This document shows positions 12,201 through 24,090 of a stretch of DNA of 64,000 nucleotides, in pieces. Source of the stretch: Tubiluchus corallicola (taxonomy: Eukaryota > Animalia > Priapulida); contig JAQGDQ010000020.1 of the NCBI GenBank assembly GCA_030141605.1, positions 558,001 through 622,000 on the forward strand. The letters run 5' to 3'. Every line of letters starts with the position of its first letter. Positions within the stretch are counted from its first letter, which is position 1. Position numbers and translations under genes: made by a program. The notes under the pieces are model-generated. The model had not been told where the DNA came from, made no database searches, and was given only the letters and a program-made list of their open reading frames with translations.

Positions 12201-14662
12201 ACTCAAATAACTTCGCTTAATTAACTCAATTATTTTTCCTTCACTTACTTAAAATAAGATATTTGTTTGTGCCCAAACAGCCTTTCCTACTTTTATGTCA
12301 TCTTGACTTCCCTTTTGTCTATTATATATGTGTAAACAAATCCTGTTAAGTACCGTTTTGTTTGTAAACAGGTATGTTTATTATGCGCTAATACGCTGGC
12401 GTAGAGATTTGGCTTTGAATCTGTTACCTGCTCATCCACTGCACTTAACCTCATTACCCAAAGAATTTCTGGAAGCTAAACATTTAATCACTTGCCTAGC
12501 AGTTTCCTTTTGATAATCATAGATGCAGGTACAGTAATCAGCCAGTATTCCTTGTGACTTACAAGAGTAAGCATGCAGCAAACAAAGGAATAGAGTTAAA
12601 AATTTGAAAAATGGAGCATAAACATAAAGATCTAACAGTTAAGGAGAATTTGAAAATTTTAGAGCAGTACGATTTAGAAAACTATACTTTTTAATTTATT
12701 GTTAATTCACTTATATAAATTAATATTTTAAAATATTTTTTTCTAATTTTTAACTGCACAAAGTAATTTAGGCATAACTTCTTTTCTAAAATTAGTTAAA
12801 AGCCTTTGCAGTGCATAGTAAGCTGATGACAGCAGTAATACTATACCCATCAGTTAATGGGTTCAATCGGCAATCACCAGTTAGGCAAAGGACAAGGATT
12901 CCCACACAAGTCTAGGCTGCTAGGCAATGTGATTTGTAGTGCAACACAGAAATGATGTTACGGTATCCTTGCATGGTCGAGTTTTATTGGATCTAACCGC
13001 ACAATTAAGTGTACCTGCAATGGTACAAAAATGTCTAAACAAGTCAGTGCCCAAGTGTCTGGCACCTAATTTTTCCAATGCCCAAATGGCCATGCCTAAA
13101 TGTGCTGTCCGCACATTACAGTGTGTAATTAAGTAGTGTAACTTTGGTGCATATATCTATGTTGCTGACATTCTGTACTAACATCCCTCTGCAATGCTAT
13201 ATGTCAATCAACAGCACGTTACAGTTTGCTGTTTTATCTTTTAACTTATTAATTTTTCGTACTTCTTAATAATTCTTTGAAATCTAAAATGGAAGTTGTT
13301 TTAAAGGTATAGACGAATACGACTTGTAGAAAAGGGTAAGCAGCAGTCATCTAAAATGAGAGCTGCAAAAATCGAAGAGCTTCCTGGGGTGACATCTGTT
13401 GATGACATTAAAGCTATGCTTAGTGATACCTCGCATCTGGACTACCCAATTTTTCGCCATCAACGTCACCATCCGATGAAGTCTGTGACGCTCTGCACTG
13501 GTTTGTTTCTTAATTGTGTATCTTTTTGCTGTTCCGGGGATTTTCAAACCGTTTGTTGAATCTTAATGTGCACGTGCAAAGTGTTTTTCTGAAGTTAAGT
13601 GTCAAGTTGACAATACGATGGAGACATTTCACAACCTTCTGTCACTTACTATTACTTTAGATTTGCTAACATGCCAGAAACAGTTTCCTTATATAAATAA
13701 TTATGATGATAATATGTCATAAAAAGCAGGTAATCTGTAGAATGATTGCATGCAATCCGACAGTCGAATTTAGTGTACTAGCTCAGCATTAAATAAGGAA
13801 GCATACTCAGCACCATGATATAGTTTGTATGGTATCATATAAAATAGCAATTACTTCATTGCTGCAGTCGAATGACATTTTCCCTAATCTGCTATACCTG
13901 CATACTGTGTGCATGTACCAAGTTTTCTCAGTATGGTTTACATAAGGGCTCATGAATCTTAAAGATATGTATAATGTAAATTGTTTAAACAACAAAGGAA
14001 CAGAATTAAAAAACTCCTTGTTCAGAAGATGGGTTGTAGATTATTGCCTTTTTTTAATGTCATCTGACTGATCATGTTCAAAGTCTTAGTTGTATTCTCT
14101 AGTACTTTATTTGCTATATTACGCATGGCTATTTATCTCATTGAAACTATGGCACTTGTGTGTCTAACCTAGAGAAATGATAATGTGTTTGGATTTAACA
14201 CTAGATTTTGGCTTTCAGAGTGCTGTATTAAAAACAGAGAAACGTAGTTCTGCAGCCTGATTTTTACAGTGGAAACATAAAGTACAGTGTAGTGTCTTCA
14301 TTGTTGGTTTAGATCAAACTCTTTTCTAGTTTAAGTGCAAACAGTTATAATACTGGTAATCCATTTTTCTCTTGTAATAGTAGTGTCACACGAAAAAAAT
14401 GGGTGACTATCTGTGTTCTGTTTACAGGCACATGGATGGCCAGAGGCATTTTTTGGGAACTGTCCGTATAGATCACTTGCTGACGGCTGTCGTTAAAAAC
14501 TGTACATATATGTGTTTGTTCATTTAGTGAATCCTGCTGTAGAATGTGTTTGTTCTTGCAGGTATTTTTGATCTAATGAATGGTAAATGGTCTATTTATA
14601 TGGATAAGGCATCTTCCAGTAAAGGACCAGTGGTAGTCTTTGATTTACCCATGGGTAAATGA
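3233..14662 (+). CDS. tan-like: Tan-like beta-alanyl-dopamine/carcinine hydrolase (peptidase C45, AAT/Ntn-hydrolase family), paralog 1; 9 exons, 392 aa
   Basis: Manually joined GT-AG exons 3233-3307, 3631-3726, 5012-5110, 5450-5593, 8025-8259, 8387-8480, 9875-10015, 13307-13500 and 14562-14662 give one open frame of 1179 nt. Motifs: LPVLHASGGYYDVGFAIGKTF, FPQYVEELQGICDG, autocleavage site G|CTD (catalytic Cys), GHTEDA, YPGFLPGY..SFNKYGVIYTIN, RYHCNTY, LSD...YPIFR, TLCTGIFDL. Confidence 0.92.
5615..6795. mobile_element. Solo LTR (1181 bp) in intron 4 of tan-like 1
   Basis: Begins TGTGACG and ends CGTCACA (TG..CA, 7-bp inverted ends). Flanked by a perfect 5-bp direct repeat GTGAC (5610-5614 and 6796-6800). 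Higher GC than the host intron; no internal gag/pol. Confidence 0.85.
10895..11300. repeat. C/A-rich low-complexity (CACAC/CACCA)n tract
   Basis: Degenerate CAC-rich simple repeat in intron 7 of tan-like 1; all three + frames read as His/Thr/Pro. Confidence 0.8.
11600..12086 (-). mobile_element. Diverged partial copy of the Helitron family that forms the 16.5-20.4 kb array
   Basis: The reverse complement matches the array unit (e.g. GTTGGGTCCGGGAAAA at ~11750, CCTACTACACCCACC, GATTCGAAAAATAAACC, CAAATGGTGCC, CGAATCTTATA) and ends in the element's (TA)n tract. Left boundary approximate. Confidence 0.75.
12087..13145 (+). mobile_element. Tigger/pogo-derived remnant
   Basis: The 5' end (AGTAGTCACCACTTAATAGACTCA...) resembles the end of the 41596-42541 element. 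Contains MEHKHKDLTVKENLKILEQYD at ~12612, like the start of a CENP-B-type HTH. Right end uncertain. Confidence 0.5.
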
Positions 14663-15018
14663 TCAGGTAACAAATTATTGGGTTGCTTCAGCTCAAAAAG
14701 GCTTCTGATTTGTGGTGACTGTACATCAGCAAATTCAGTAAATATATAGATCACTTGGTGAAGGCTGTCGTAAAAAACTGTACATATATGTGTTTGTTCT
14801 TTTGGTGAATCCTGCTCTAGAATGTGTTTGTTCTTGCAGGTATTTTTGATCTAATGAATGGCACATGGTCTAATTATATGGATAAGTCTTCTACTAGTAA
14901 GATAGTCTTTGATTTACCTGTGTGTAAATGATCAGGTAACAAATTATCGGGCTGCTTCAGTGCAAAAAGGCTTCTGATTTGTGGTGACTGTACATCAGAA
15001 AACTCAGTAAATATATAG
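14467..15018 (+). repeat. Tandem duplication (~278-bp unit x2) containing the terminal exon of tan-like 1
   Basis: TATAGATCACTTG.TGA.GGCTGTCGT.AAAAACTG recurs at ~14467 and ~14745; each copy holds the acceptor, last exon and start of the 3'UTR. Confidence 0.9.
14840..14931 (+). CDS. Duplicated, possibly alternative terminal exon 9b of tan-like 1 (GIFDLMNGTWSNYMDKSSTSKIVFDLPVCK*)
   Basis: Intact TGTTTGTTCTTGCAG acceptor, same phase as exon 9a, in-frame 9-nt deletion, conserved TGA stop. Confidence 0.5.
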
Positions 15019-16506
15019 GAGCCATTATTGATAGTAAAACCTCAACGTCAGGATATGAACGTGTCATCTCATACATGTAAAAAGCTTCATTGTTTTTAGA
15101 GTTAGAAAGATTTGTTCTTTTTTGATATCTGCTAGCTGTACAGAAAAATTGACTATTACATAATATGAATTACTGCAAAGCAAAAATGTCAAATTAGCAA
15201 ATCTGCTCAAAATTCTGCTCATTATGCATACGAAAAATTACTGTCTATGTATCCACTCTTCATATTGAGTTTTTTATGTCATTTCTACCTTGAATTTATG
15301 TTAAATAGTGCTATACTCATAATCACTACCTGTAAATGCATTGTAACATGAAAATGGTGCAAGATGGGCAACATTTTTGTAATGGACTTTGAACTGATGG
15401 TAGTGCTTTTGACGTTTGATTGTGTCTTTCAACTGAAATGTAACAAGATCACAAGTAATTATCACTAAAAAAAGCTCTACCAGAACCTGTTTTGATGAGT
15501 TAGAAGTTTAAAAGTGATTATTTGCTAGAATTATGATTAACAGGGGCAATTATGTCCCTCTATTGAGAACTTTGTAGTTTTAATTGTTACGTTTGGCAAA
15601 TTTTATTTGTAAACATCTGAAGCAATATTATCTTCTATTTTCATGTTTTTATGCAAAAGTAACGTATGTTAACTGTTAAATTTTAATTTAATTTAAAAAT
15701 CTGTTTGATTTTAAAAGTGAGTTGTATTATATAAAAATCAGTTAATCTATGTAAGTCCTTTTTCTGGACCATCTATTATGCATTGATGATTTTACTTTTT
15801 TGTCAATTCTAATCAAACTATGTTGCATTGTCGTCAGTTATCATGTTAGATAATGGAAAAATCTTATAATGCATTTAGCTAATAATTTATAAATCTGCAT
15901 AGTATTTACAGACTTGAGAATTTTACATGAATAGCATAATTCAGAAGATTGTTTATTAGTCTCATAGATCACAAATATAAATCATTTTTGGAAAAAAAAT
16001 TGGAATAAAAATTTTAACAGATTTCAGAAATTCTGTTGGTTTAACTACTATTTCATATTTGTTTCTGGAAGGTGAACAGGACTTAAAATACATATATTAC
16101 AATGTGATCGTGGTAAATAGTAGCAACGTTGTCTGTTTCTGTTTTGTCTTTCATGAGCATTTAGAAGACTACGTAGTCCAATAAATGGTAAAAAATTATG
16201 ATTGCAAATATGGAAAATGGACAGATACGGTACAGAATGTGTTATTGTCTAAACTGTGCATTCTCTGTGACGTATTCCATAATGTAGAGCTGTTCAGAAA
16301 GATAAGTCTTGCCTAAGTGCCTTCTAAGTGGTTGAAGATCCGTTCCAGGGGCCAGATTCATGTACGCATCGTAAATTTATACACTTAATGCATTGTCTTA
16401 CAACACCTCTAAGACAGTGTCGTAATCCTTAAGTAGCTGTCTTTGGGCACAAGTTGTCACAACTTCGCTGTTAATTCGAATTCATAAAACTGTCGTAAGG
16501 TTGTTA

Positions 16507-18792
16507 TCGCATATATTGATATTCTTGGTATGTTATATATATAGTGTCGATCTAGTGTCGTGCCATTGGGGGTTTATTTTTCGAATCCGGCCCACCGCGA
16601 GGAACGGGGGGCGAAAAACCTCCAAAAATGACTATTTTCGACCGTTTTTGCAAAACGTATACGTCTGAGATCTGGAGAACGGAAACGAGCCGAGGATGGT
16701 GCTGGCTATGGATAGATAGCCCGTTCAGCGTTGGGTGTAGTAGGCATATTTAGAATTCGCGAGAGGGCCAGGGCGCCCCGCAACGGGCGTTTTCCCGGAC
16801 CCAACTCGCGATTTTTTCGAAATTTTAACCAAACAGCATGCGGGAAAAACGTTCTAGCGTCGCCCGGTGGGACTCTCGGAAGGAGATATATAGCTCTTTA
16901 CAAAGAGGAAGGACAGGGCTACACGATGATGTAGGTTATATTTTAGGGCAGGTCCACCGAGAGGAGTATCAACGAGTTAATTACATGTTCTATTTTCCGC
17001 AAATTTCGACAATTTTCGCTTAGAAAACTGCTGACCGCATTCCATTGTTCTGACGTCATCCATTATTGCTTATAGCTTTAATTCAGCAAAAAGCTGCTTT
17101 GGGTTAGATAAACAGACATACAGTAGCTGCCTGCTGTACTCTGTCTATAACTTTAATTCAGTAAAAGCTACCTGCTGGCTTTGCGTTAGGTAAGTAGGCA
17201 GGATGTTACGGGCTTTGTGTTATAAATGAGGACTGTGTAGGATGTTCGTGTATTATTGATCACATGTGTATTTATACGCAAAATCTTTTGCGGGGCCTTT
17301 GCTAGTATATTAATATTCTTGGTATCTTAATATACATATTTAGATATAAGATTCCAGGCTACAGCTTCGACAAGGGCACCATTTGCGGCGATCTATACAT
17401 CAAACGAAAGGTCCCGATCTAGTGTCATGCCATTGATGGTTTATTTTTCGAATTGGGCCCACCGGAAGGAAGGGGGGGCGAAAAAAGCCCAAAAATGGCC
17501 ATTTTTGGCCGTTTTTTGCAAATTTTTTTCGAAATTTTGACCAAACAGCCTGCGGAAAAAACGTTCTAGCGACGCCTGGTGGGACTCTCGGAAGGAAATA
17601 TATGGCTCATCAGAAAGAGGAAGAACGGGGCTACACGATGATGTGGGCTATATTTTGGGGCAGGTCCACTGAGAGGAGTACCGACGAGTTAATTAGATGT
17701 TCTATTTTCGGCAATTTTCGCTTAGAAAACTGCTGACGCAATGCCATTGTTGTGACGTCATCCATTGTACTCTGTCTATAATCTTATAACTTTAATTCAG
17801 TAAAAGCGGCTTTGCATTAGATAAACAGACAAACAGTAGGTAGGATGTTTGTGTATTTTTGATTATACGTGTAAATTTATACGCAAAATTTTTTGCGGGG
17901 CCTTTGCTAGTCTCTTATATTAATATTCTTGGTATAGGCTTAATATATTTATTTATATATATATATATATATATAAGATTCGAGGCTACAGCTTTGACGA
18001 CGGCACCATTTGCGGCGATCTATACATCAAACGAAAGGTCTCGATCTAGTGTTGTGCCATTGATGGTTTATTTTTCGAATCGGGCCCACCGCGAGGAAGG
18101 GGGGGCGAAAAACCTCCAAAAATGGCCATTTTTCGGCCGTTTTTTGCAAAACTTATACCTCTTATTTCTGAAGAACGGGAACGGATCGAGGGTGGTGCTG
18201 GGTATGGATAGATAGCCCGTTCAGCGGTGGGTGTAGTAGGCATATTTAGAATTCCCGAGAGGGCCACGGCGCCCCGCAACGGGCGTTTTCCCGGACCCAA
18301 CTCGCGATTTTTTCGAAATTTTGACCAAACAGCCTGCGGGAAAAACGTTCTAGCGTCGCCCGGTGGGACTCTCGGAAGGAGATATATAGCTCTTTACAAA
18401 GAGGAAGGACAGGGCTACACGATGATGTAGGTTATATTTTAGGGCAGGTCCACCGAGAGGAGTATCAACGAGTTAGTTAGAGGTTCCATTTTCGGCGATT
18501 TTCGCTTAGAAAATTGCTGACGCAAAGGCAGACGCATTCCATTGTGCTGACGTCATCCACTGTGTCTATAACTTTAATTCAGCAAAAAGCTGCTTTGCAA
18601 CATACAGTAGGCAGGAGTAAACGCTGCTGGCTTTGCGTTAGGTAAGTAGGCAGGATGTTACGGGCTTTGCGTTATACATGAGGACTGTGTAGGATGTTCG
18701 CGTGTTATTGATTATACGTGGTTTTTTACGCAAAATCTTTTGCGGGGCCTTTGCTAGTCTCTTATATTAATATTCTTGGTATGGGCTTAATA

Positions 18793-18824
<32 letters not shown>

Positions 18825-19650
18825 AGATTCGAGGCTACAGCTTCGACGACGGCACCATTTGCGGCGATCTATACATCAAACGAAAGGTCTCGATCTAGTG
18901 TTGTGCCATTGATGGTTTATTTTTTTCGAATCGGGCCCACCGGGAGGAAGGGGGGGGGGCGAAAAACCTCCAAAAATGGCCATTTTTCGGCCGTTTTTTG
19001 CAAAACTTATACCTCTTATTTCTGAAGAACTGGAATGGGCCGAGGGTGGTGCTGGGTATGGATAGATAGCCCGTTCAGCGGTGGGTGTAGTAGGCATATT
19101 TAGAATTCCCGAGAGGACCACCGCGCCCCGCAACGGGCGTTTTCCCGGACCCAACTCGCGATTTTTTCGAAATTTTGACCAAACAGCATGCGGGAAAAAC
19201 GTTCTAGCGTCGCCCGGTGGGACTCTCGGAAGGAGATATATAGCTCTTTACAAAGAGGAAGGACAGGGCTACACGATGATGTAGGTTATATTTTAGGGCA
19301 GGTCCACCGAGAGGAGTATCAATGAGTTAATTACATGTTCTATTTTCCGCAAATTTCGACAATTTTCGCTTAGAAAACTGCTGACCGCATTCCATTGTTC
19401 TGACGTCATCCATTGTACTCTGTCTATAACTTTAATTCAGCAAAAAGCTGCTTTGCAGCATACAGTAGGCAGGAGTAAACGCTGCTGGCTTTGCGTTAGG
19501 TAAGTAGGCAGGATGTTACGGGCTTTGCGTTATACATGAGGACTGTGTAGGATGTTCGCGTGTTATTGATTATACGTGGTTTTTTACGCAAAATCTTTTG
19601 CGGGGCCTTTGCTAGTCTCTTATATTAATATTCTTGGTATGGGCTTAATA

Positions 19651-19682
<32 letters not shown>

Positions 19683-20416
19683 AGATTCGAGGCTACAGCT
19701 TCGACGACGGCACCATTTGCGGCGATCTATATATCAAACGAAAGGTCTCGATCTAGTGTTGTGCCATTGATGGTTTATTTTTTTTCGAATCGGGCTCACC
19801 GGGAGGGGGGGGCGGAAAACCTCCAAAAATGACCATTTTTCGGTCGTTTTTTGCAAAACTTATACCTCTTATTTCTGAAGAACTGGAATGGGCCGAGGGT
19901 GGTGCTGGGTATGGATAGATAGCCCGTTCAGCGGTGGGTGTAGTAGGCATATTTAGAATTCCCGAGAGGACCACCGCGCCCCGCAACGGGCGTTTTCCCG
20001 GACCCAACTCGATTTTTCCGAAATTTTGACCAAACAGCATACGGAAAAAACGTTCTAGCGTCGCCTGGTGGGACTCTCGGAAGGAGATATACAGCTCTTT
20101 ACAAAGAGGAAGGACAGGGCTACACGATGATGTGGGTTATATTTTAGGTCAGGTCCACCGAGAGGAGTACTGGCAAGTTAATTAGATGTTCTATTTTCGA
20201 CAATTTTCGCTTAGAAAACTGCTGACGCATGCCATTGTAGTGACGTCATCCATTGTACTCTGCTTACAGCTTTAATTCAGCAAAAAGCTGCTTTGCGTTA
20301 GATAAACAGACATACAGTAGGCAGGATGTTATGGGCTTTGTGTTATAAATGAGGACTAGGTAGAATGTTCGCGTATTATTGATTATACACAACATCTTTT
20401 GCGGGGCCTGTGCTAG
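16507..20416 (+). mobile_element. Head-to-tail array of five non-autonomous Helitron units
   Basis: Units 16507-17305, 17306-17910, 17911-18757, 18758-19615 and 19616-20416. Units 3-5 start TCTCTTATATTAATATTC (unit 1 TCGCATATATTGATATTC; unit 2 lacks the first bases). Each ends with the hairpin CGCAAAA-nn-TTTTGCG (degenerate in unit 5), ~10 nt, then CTAG. The array lies between a host A (16506) and T (20417) with no TSD. Confidence 0.88.
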
Positions 20417-20417
20417 T

Positions 20418-21120
20418 AAGAATTATTAATGCACTCCAGGATGCAACGGAAGATGCCCATGAATCTCTGAGCCAAGCCAAACTGATCGAGTACTGGAGAT
20501 TGGCCAGAAAGTACTAATTCTTATGCCTGAAGGGAAAGGAAAAATGCAGAGACACTATCGCGGCCCATACGTAGTAACTGACAAGGTGTCAGACCTCACA
20601 TATAAAATCAACATTGGTGGTAAAGGAAAACGGGCAAATGTTAAAACGTATCACATTAATCTGCTCAAGCCCTTTGTGGATCGTGATGGGAACAGCTTTA
20701 TTTGCCAGATGTGAGGAGAGCAGACTTGTGCCACCTGCCAGCAATATTGATAATGATTGGGTTGAGGACGATTCAAATAATCAGGAGCCAGACAGTGAAC
20801 GTTTGTGTAAATTGCCAGATTATGCTTTCCCACCTACAGCAAGTGCCACCCAAAGTGTAGCTGATATAACTTTACCTGCTGAACTTACTGAAGAGCAGAA
20901 GGAAGAGCTGATGAAAGTCCTCCGAGATTTCTCTGAAACTTTTACTGACCTTCCCGGAAGGACATCAGTAGTTGAGCACGAGATAATCCTCTCAGATCCT
21001 ACACCAGTCAGACAGAGACCATATCGTATCCCACAGGCCCAAAAAGAACTGGTCAGGAAAGAGCTGATGGAAATGCAGAAACTACAAGTTGGTCGTCGAT
21101 CAGAATCCTTGTGCCGGTAA
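20418..21120 (+). mobile_element. Ty3/Gypsy pol relic with integrase C-terminus followed by RT N-terminus (Gmr1-like order)
   Basis: YRGPYVVTDKVSDLTYKI...TYHINLLKPF is the GPY/F module of the integrase C-terminus. After one frameshift comes LTEEQKEELMKVLRDFSETFTDLPGRTSVVEHEIILSDPTPVRQRPYRIP, the Gypsy RT N-terminus. Truncated on both sides. Confidence 0.85.
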
Positions 21121-21986
21121 TCCTTTATCCACTTGATAATTTTAATACTTTCTATCAAATGTATTACAAGGTAGCACGAAAACTGATCAGGTTTGTTACA
21201 AGGCAGATTCCCCGCCATCACAGTCTCTAGTAGGTTGAGTATTGAGGGTCAAGTAGGTTGAGTGTTGAGGGTCAACATCTGATAGGTCAGGTTTTAGTGC
21301 ATTCTGCAACGGCAAACTTTGGGTAAAGTTTATATCACACTCATTTGCTCGCTCGCTCACTCACTCACTCACTCATTCACTCACTCACCCCTAAATTTAT
21401 TAGATTAAAATTTAATCATGTAACTATTAGGACCCTTTTTGTAGTAGCTTTTTTGTCACACTGAAACTCTGACTTGCAGATAATTTTACAGGGTGAACAT
21501 TCTATTCCATTGAAGTGAATATAACTGTGATAATGGTGAAAAGAGCTTTGCTTATCACAAAATAATTTTATGGGTATCCGTACGTGCCAGCGTGAAACTT
21601 TTACGTCATCATCTAGCTTACAGCCTAAGGTTTTTCTCGGAGATTGAATAGTTTATCTCACTTTAAAATTTTCTTAGAATTTCGTTGACACAGTGGCAAG
21701 TCATATGCCTCAAATTTCAATTGTGCTCAGATTATAAATACTTTGCAATTTTAGTAAAACGATTAATGTTTGTCTTTCCAACTATTTGCTGGTCAATGCT
21801 TATTGGCAATAGTTATTGTCTTAATGGACAAGAAAAGGGGTGATTGAATTAGGCTTCAGAAAAATCGTCTTAAAAATTATATTACTTTACATTAATTTTA
21901 TGCGTATATCGTACTCGTGTTGAAAGGAATTTTTGTTTATTTTCATTTTAAATCCCCCGTGATGCTGTACCGATTGCACCATTACA

Positions 21987-23753
21987 TGACGTCATATATA
22001 CACAATCAGTGGAAGAAAAGGAAATGTTAAACTATGTCCCAAAAAACTTTCCATGCAAAGTTATGTTACATAGTATTTCGCTATCCTGCTGGAAAGACTT
22101 ATGTAACTACAAAAGAAAATTATTAATTATTTAAAATGTTTTCACGAATTGGTAAAATGTCGCAGACTTACCCTCCAGGGTGCGCCACTCACAAACCAAT
22201 AACGTATTTTTAATCTTATTAACAAGATAGTAATTTAAAATTTTGCTCAGTTAGTGACGTGTGCGCTACGAATGCTGTGATTATTTTCCAAAGTTTACAC
22301 AATGTTATCTAAACTTGTTTCAAATGACTTATCATCAAAATGGCTGCGCCTAACGGTCTTCGCGGGAGTTTAGATTTACACGTTTTCTACAGCGTGACTG
22401 CCGACGAAAGCCCTGCATGCAAACAGGCAATACGTAATTACAAAATTCAAAACGAATTTTTAAGCTTGTAAATGGAGGATTTTCATGTGCTTTAATTAAA
22501 CAAGTTTAAAAAGAAGCGCCGATTCTTTAGTTTGAATTTCGTTATTATTTTTCATCAACAGACTTACTTCATTTTCAAGCTGCTGCCTGCTTTTAGTTAT
22601 TTACTTAGTACCAAAATTAAGAAATAATTAGTGTCACTAGTTAATTGTATTACGTTAGTTAATTATTGCAAAGCATAACAAATTAGGCCTGTAGTTGGTA
22701 GAAGAGGGTTAAATTAGGAAAGGGGAGCTTCTTCAGTCACAAACGTGTTTTGCTAAATTTGGTAACATCATTTTGACACCAAATTTTATGCCCATTTCAC
22801 ACCCGAAAACTTAAAAAGCCCAATTCTTATTAGAATATACTAACATTAAAATTAATTAATAGTTAGTTAAGTTAAGTTAGTCTGAAAATTTTACAAAATC
22901 ATCAATTATGCAAAGTTCAGACGTGATACAGCACGTATTCAAAAATCAACACGTATATTTTGTAAAATTTTGACTATTTTAGTTAGTATTTAGATTAACT
23001 ACTTTAATTAGTTTTAATTAAGAAATAGAATCATACCTACTAACTCCCTTATAACAGTAGGAATTGCTGTGATGGCAGCTTGAGTTATGAAGTCTTATAT
23101 GATCAAAAATATGTTCGGTACCTCTTATAAGACATCTTACGTTTGGAAGTTAAATCTTACCCTTTTCGGTAGCTTTGTGAATACAAATAAGGAATATTGG
23201 ACGTTTTTAGACCAGCTTTACTTAAAGCACAAGGAAACCCTCCACTTACATAAAGTTTAAAAAGTTCGTCCTGAAATTTTATACCACTTACAAACTGCCT
23301 TTTTGCATACGGGGCTTGAGTTGGCAGCAAAGCTGTATAAAACGTGTAAATATTTAAACTCCCGCGATCACCTTTAGACACAGTCATTTTGGTAGTAGGT
23401 CATTTGAAACAAATTTAGATAATGTTGTGTAAACTTTGAAAAAATAATCAAGAGCATTCGTAACACACACGTCACTAATTAAGTAAAAATTTTAAATTAT
23501 TGTATCTTCTCAATAAGATTAAAAAACACGTTCTTGGTTAGTGAGTGGTGCACCCCTGGAGGGTGAGTCAGTGACATTTTACCAATTGATAAAAACATTT
23601 TAAATAATTAAAAATTTTCTTTTCTAGTTACATAAGTCTTTCCAGCAAGTAAGCGAAAACCAAGTAATGTAATTTTGCATGGAAAGTTTTTTGGGGACAT
23701 AGTTTAACATTTCCTTTTCTTTCTCTAATTTACGTTGTGTATATATGACGTCA
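21987..23753. mobile_element. Non-autonomous long-TIR (foldback-like) DNA element, ~450-bp imperfect inverted arms
   Basis: 21987-~22435 is the diverged reverse complement of ~23290-23753 (e.g. AAGAAAAGGAAATGTTAAACTATGTCCC, GCTGGAAAGACTTATGTAACTA, ACCCTCCAGGG). No transposase ORF between the arms. Confidence 0.85.
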
Positions 23754-23777
23754 CGCATGCTTTGTTTTTAATGATCT

Positions 23778-23892
23778 CGTTTATCAGACCTGCGTTATTG
23801 CGTTAGATTTTTCTGCAGTCACGCCTTTTGATTGTTTATGCGCAGCTGGATACGCAATAACGCATAACGCATTGCGGATGTCTGATAAACGC
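23778..23892. mobile_element. Tiny MITE-like inverted repeat
   Basis: CGTTTATCAGAC ... GTCTGATAAACG termini with further internal TGCGTTA/TAACGCA symmetry. Confidence 0.45.
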
Positions 23893-23957
23893 TGATTTAG
23901 TGTGCTTTAAATTTAATCCATTTTCGCCGTAGTCTTTTTACTTCCTTCATCACGTTG

Positions 23958-24090
23958 TTTCAGATTCGCGACCAGCTGTAAACGTCAAAATTAGACTGTG
24001 AAGAGCTAACACACCACAAGAACTTTCAGATTCGCACAGCAGTAAACGTCAAAATTAGACTGTGAAGAGCTAACACACCACATGAACTTT
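23958..24090 (+). repeat. Two-copy ~66-bp tandem duplication
   Basis: TTTCAGATTCGC...GTAAACGTCAAAATTAGACTGTGAAGAGCTAACACACCACA repeated at 23958 and 24024. Confidence 0.9.

Noticed and set aside
16731-20040. Repeated ORFs MGVVGIFRI... and MGPGKRPLRG... as a small gene family
   Set aside because: They are incidental frames in the GC-richer Helitron units, mostly start at non-ATG codons and are broken by indels in other units.
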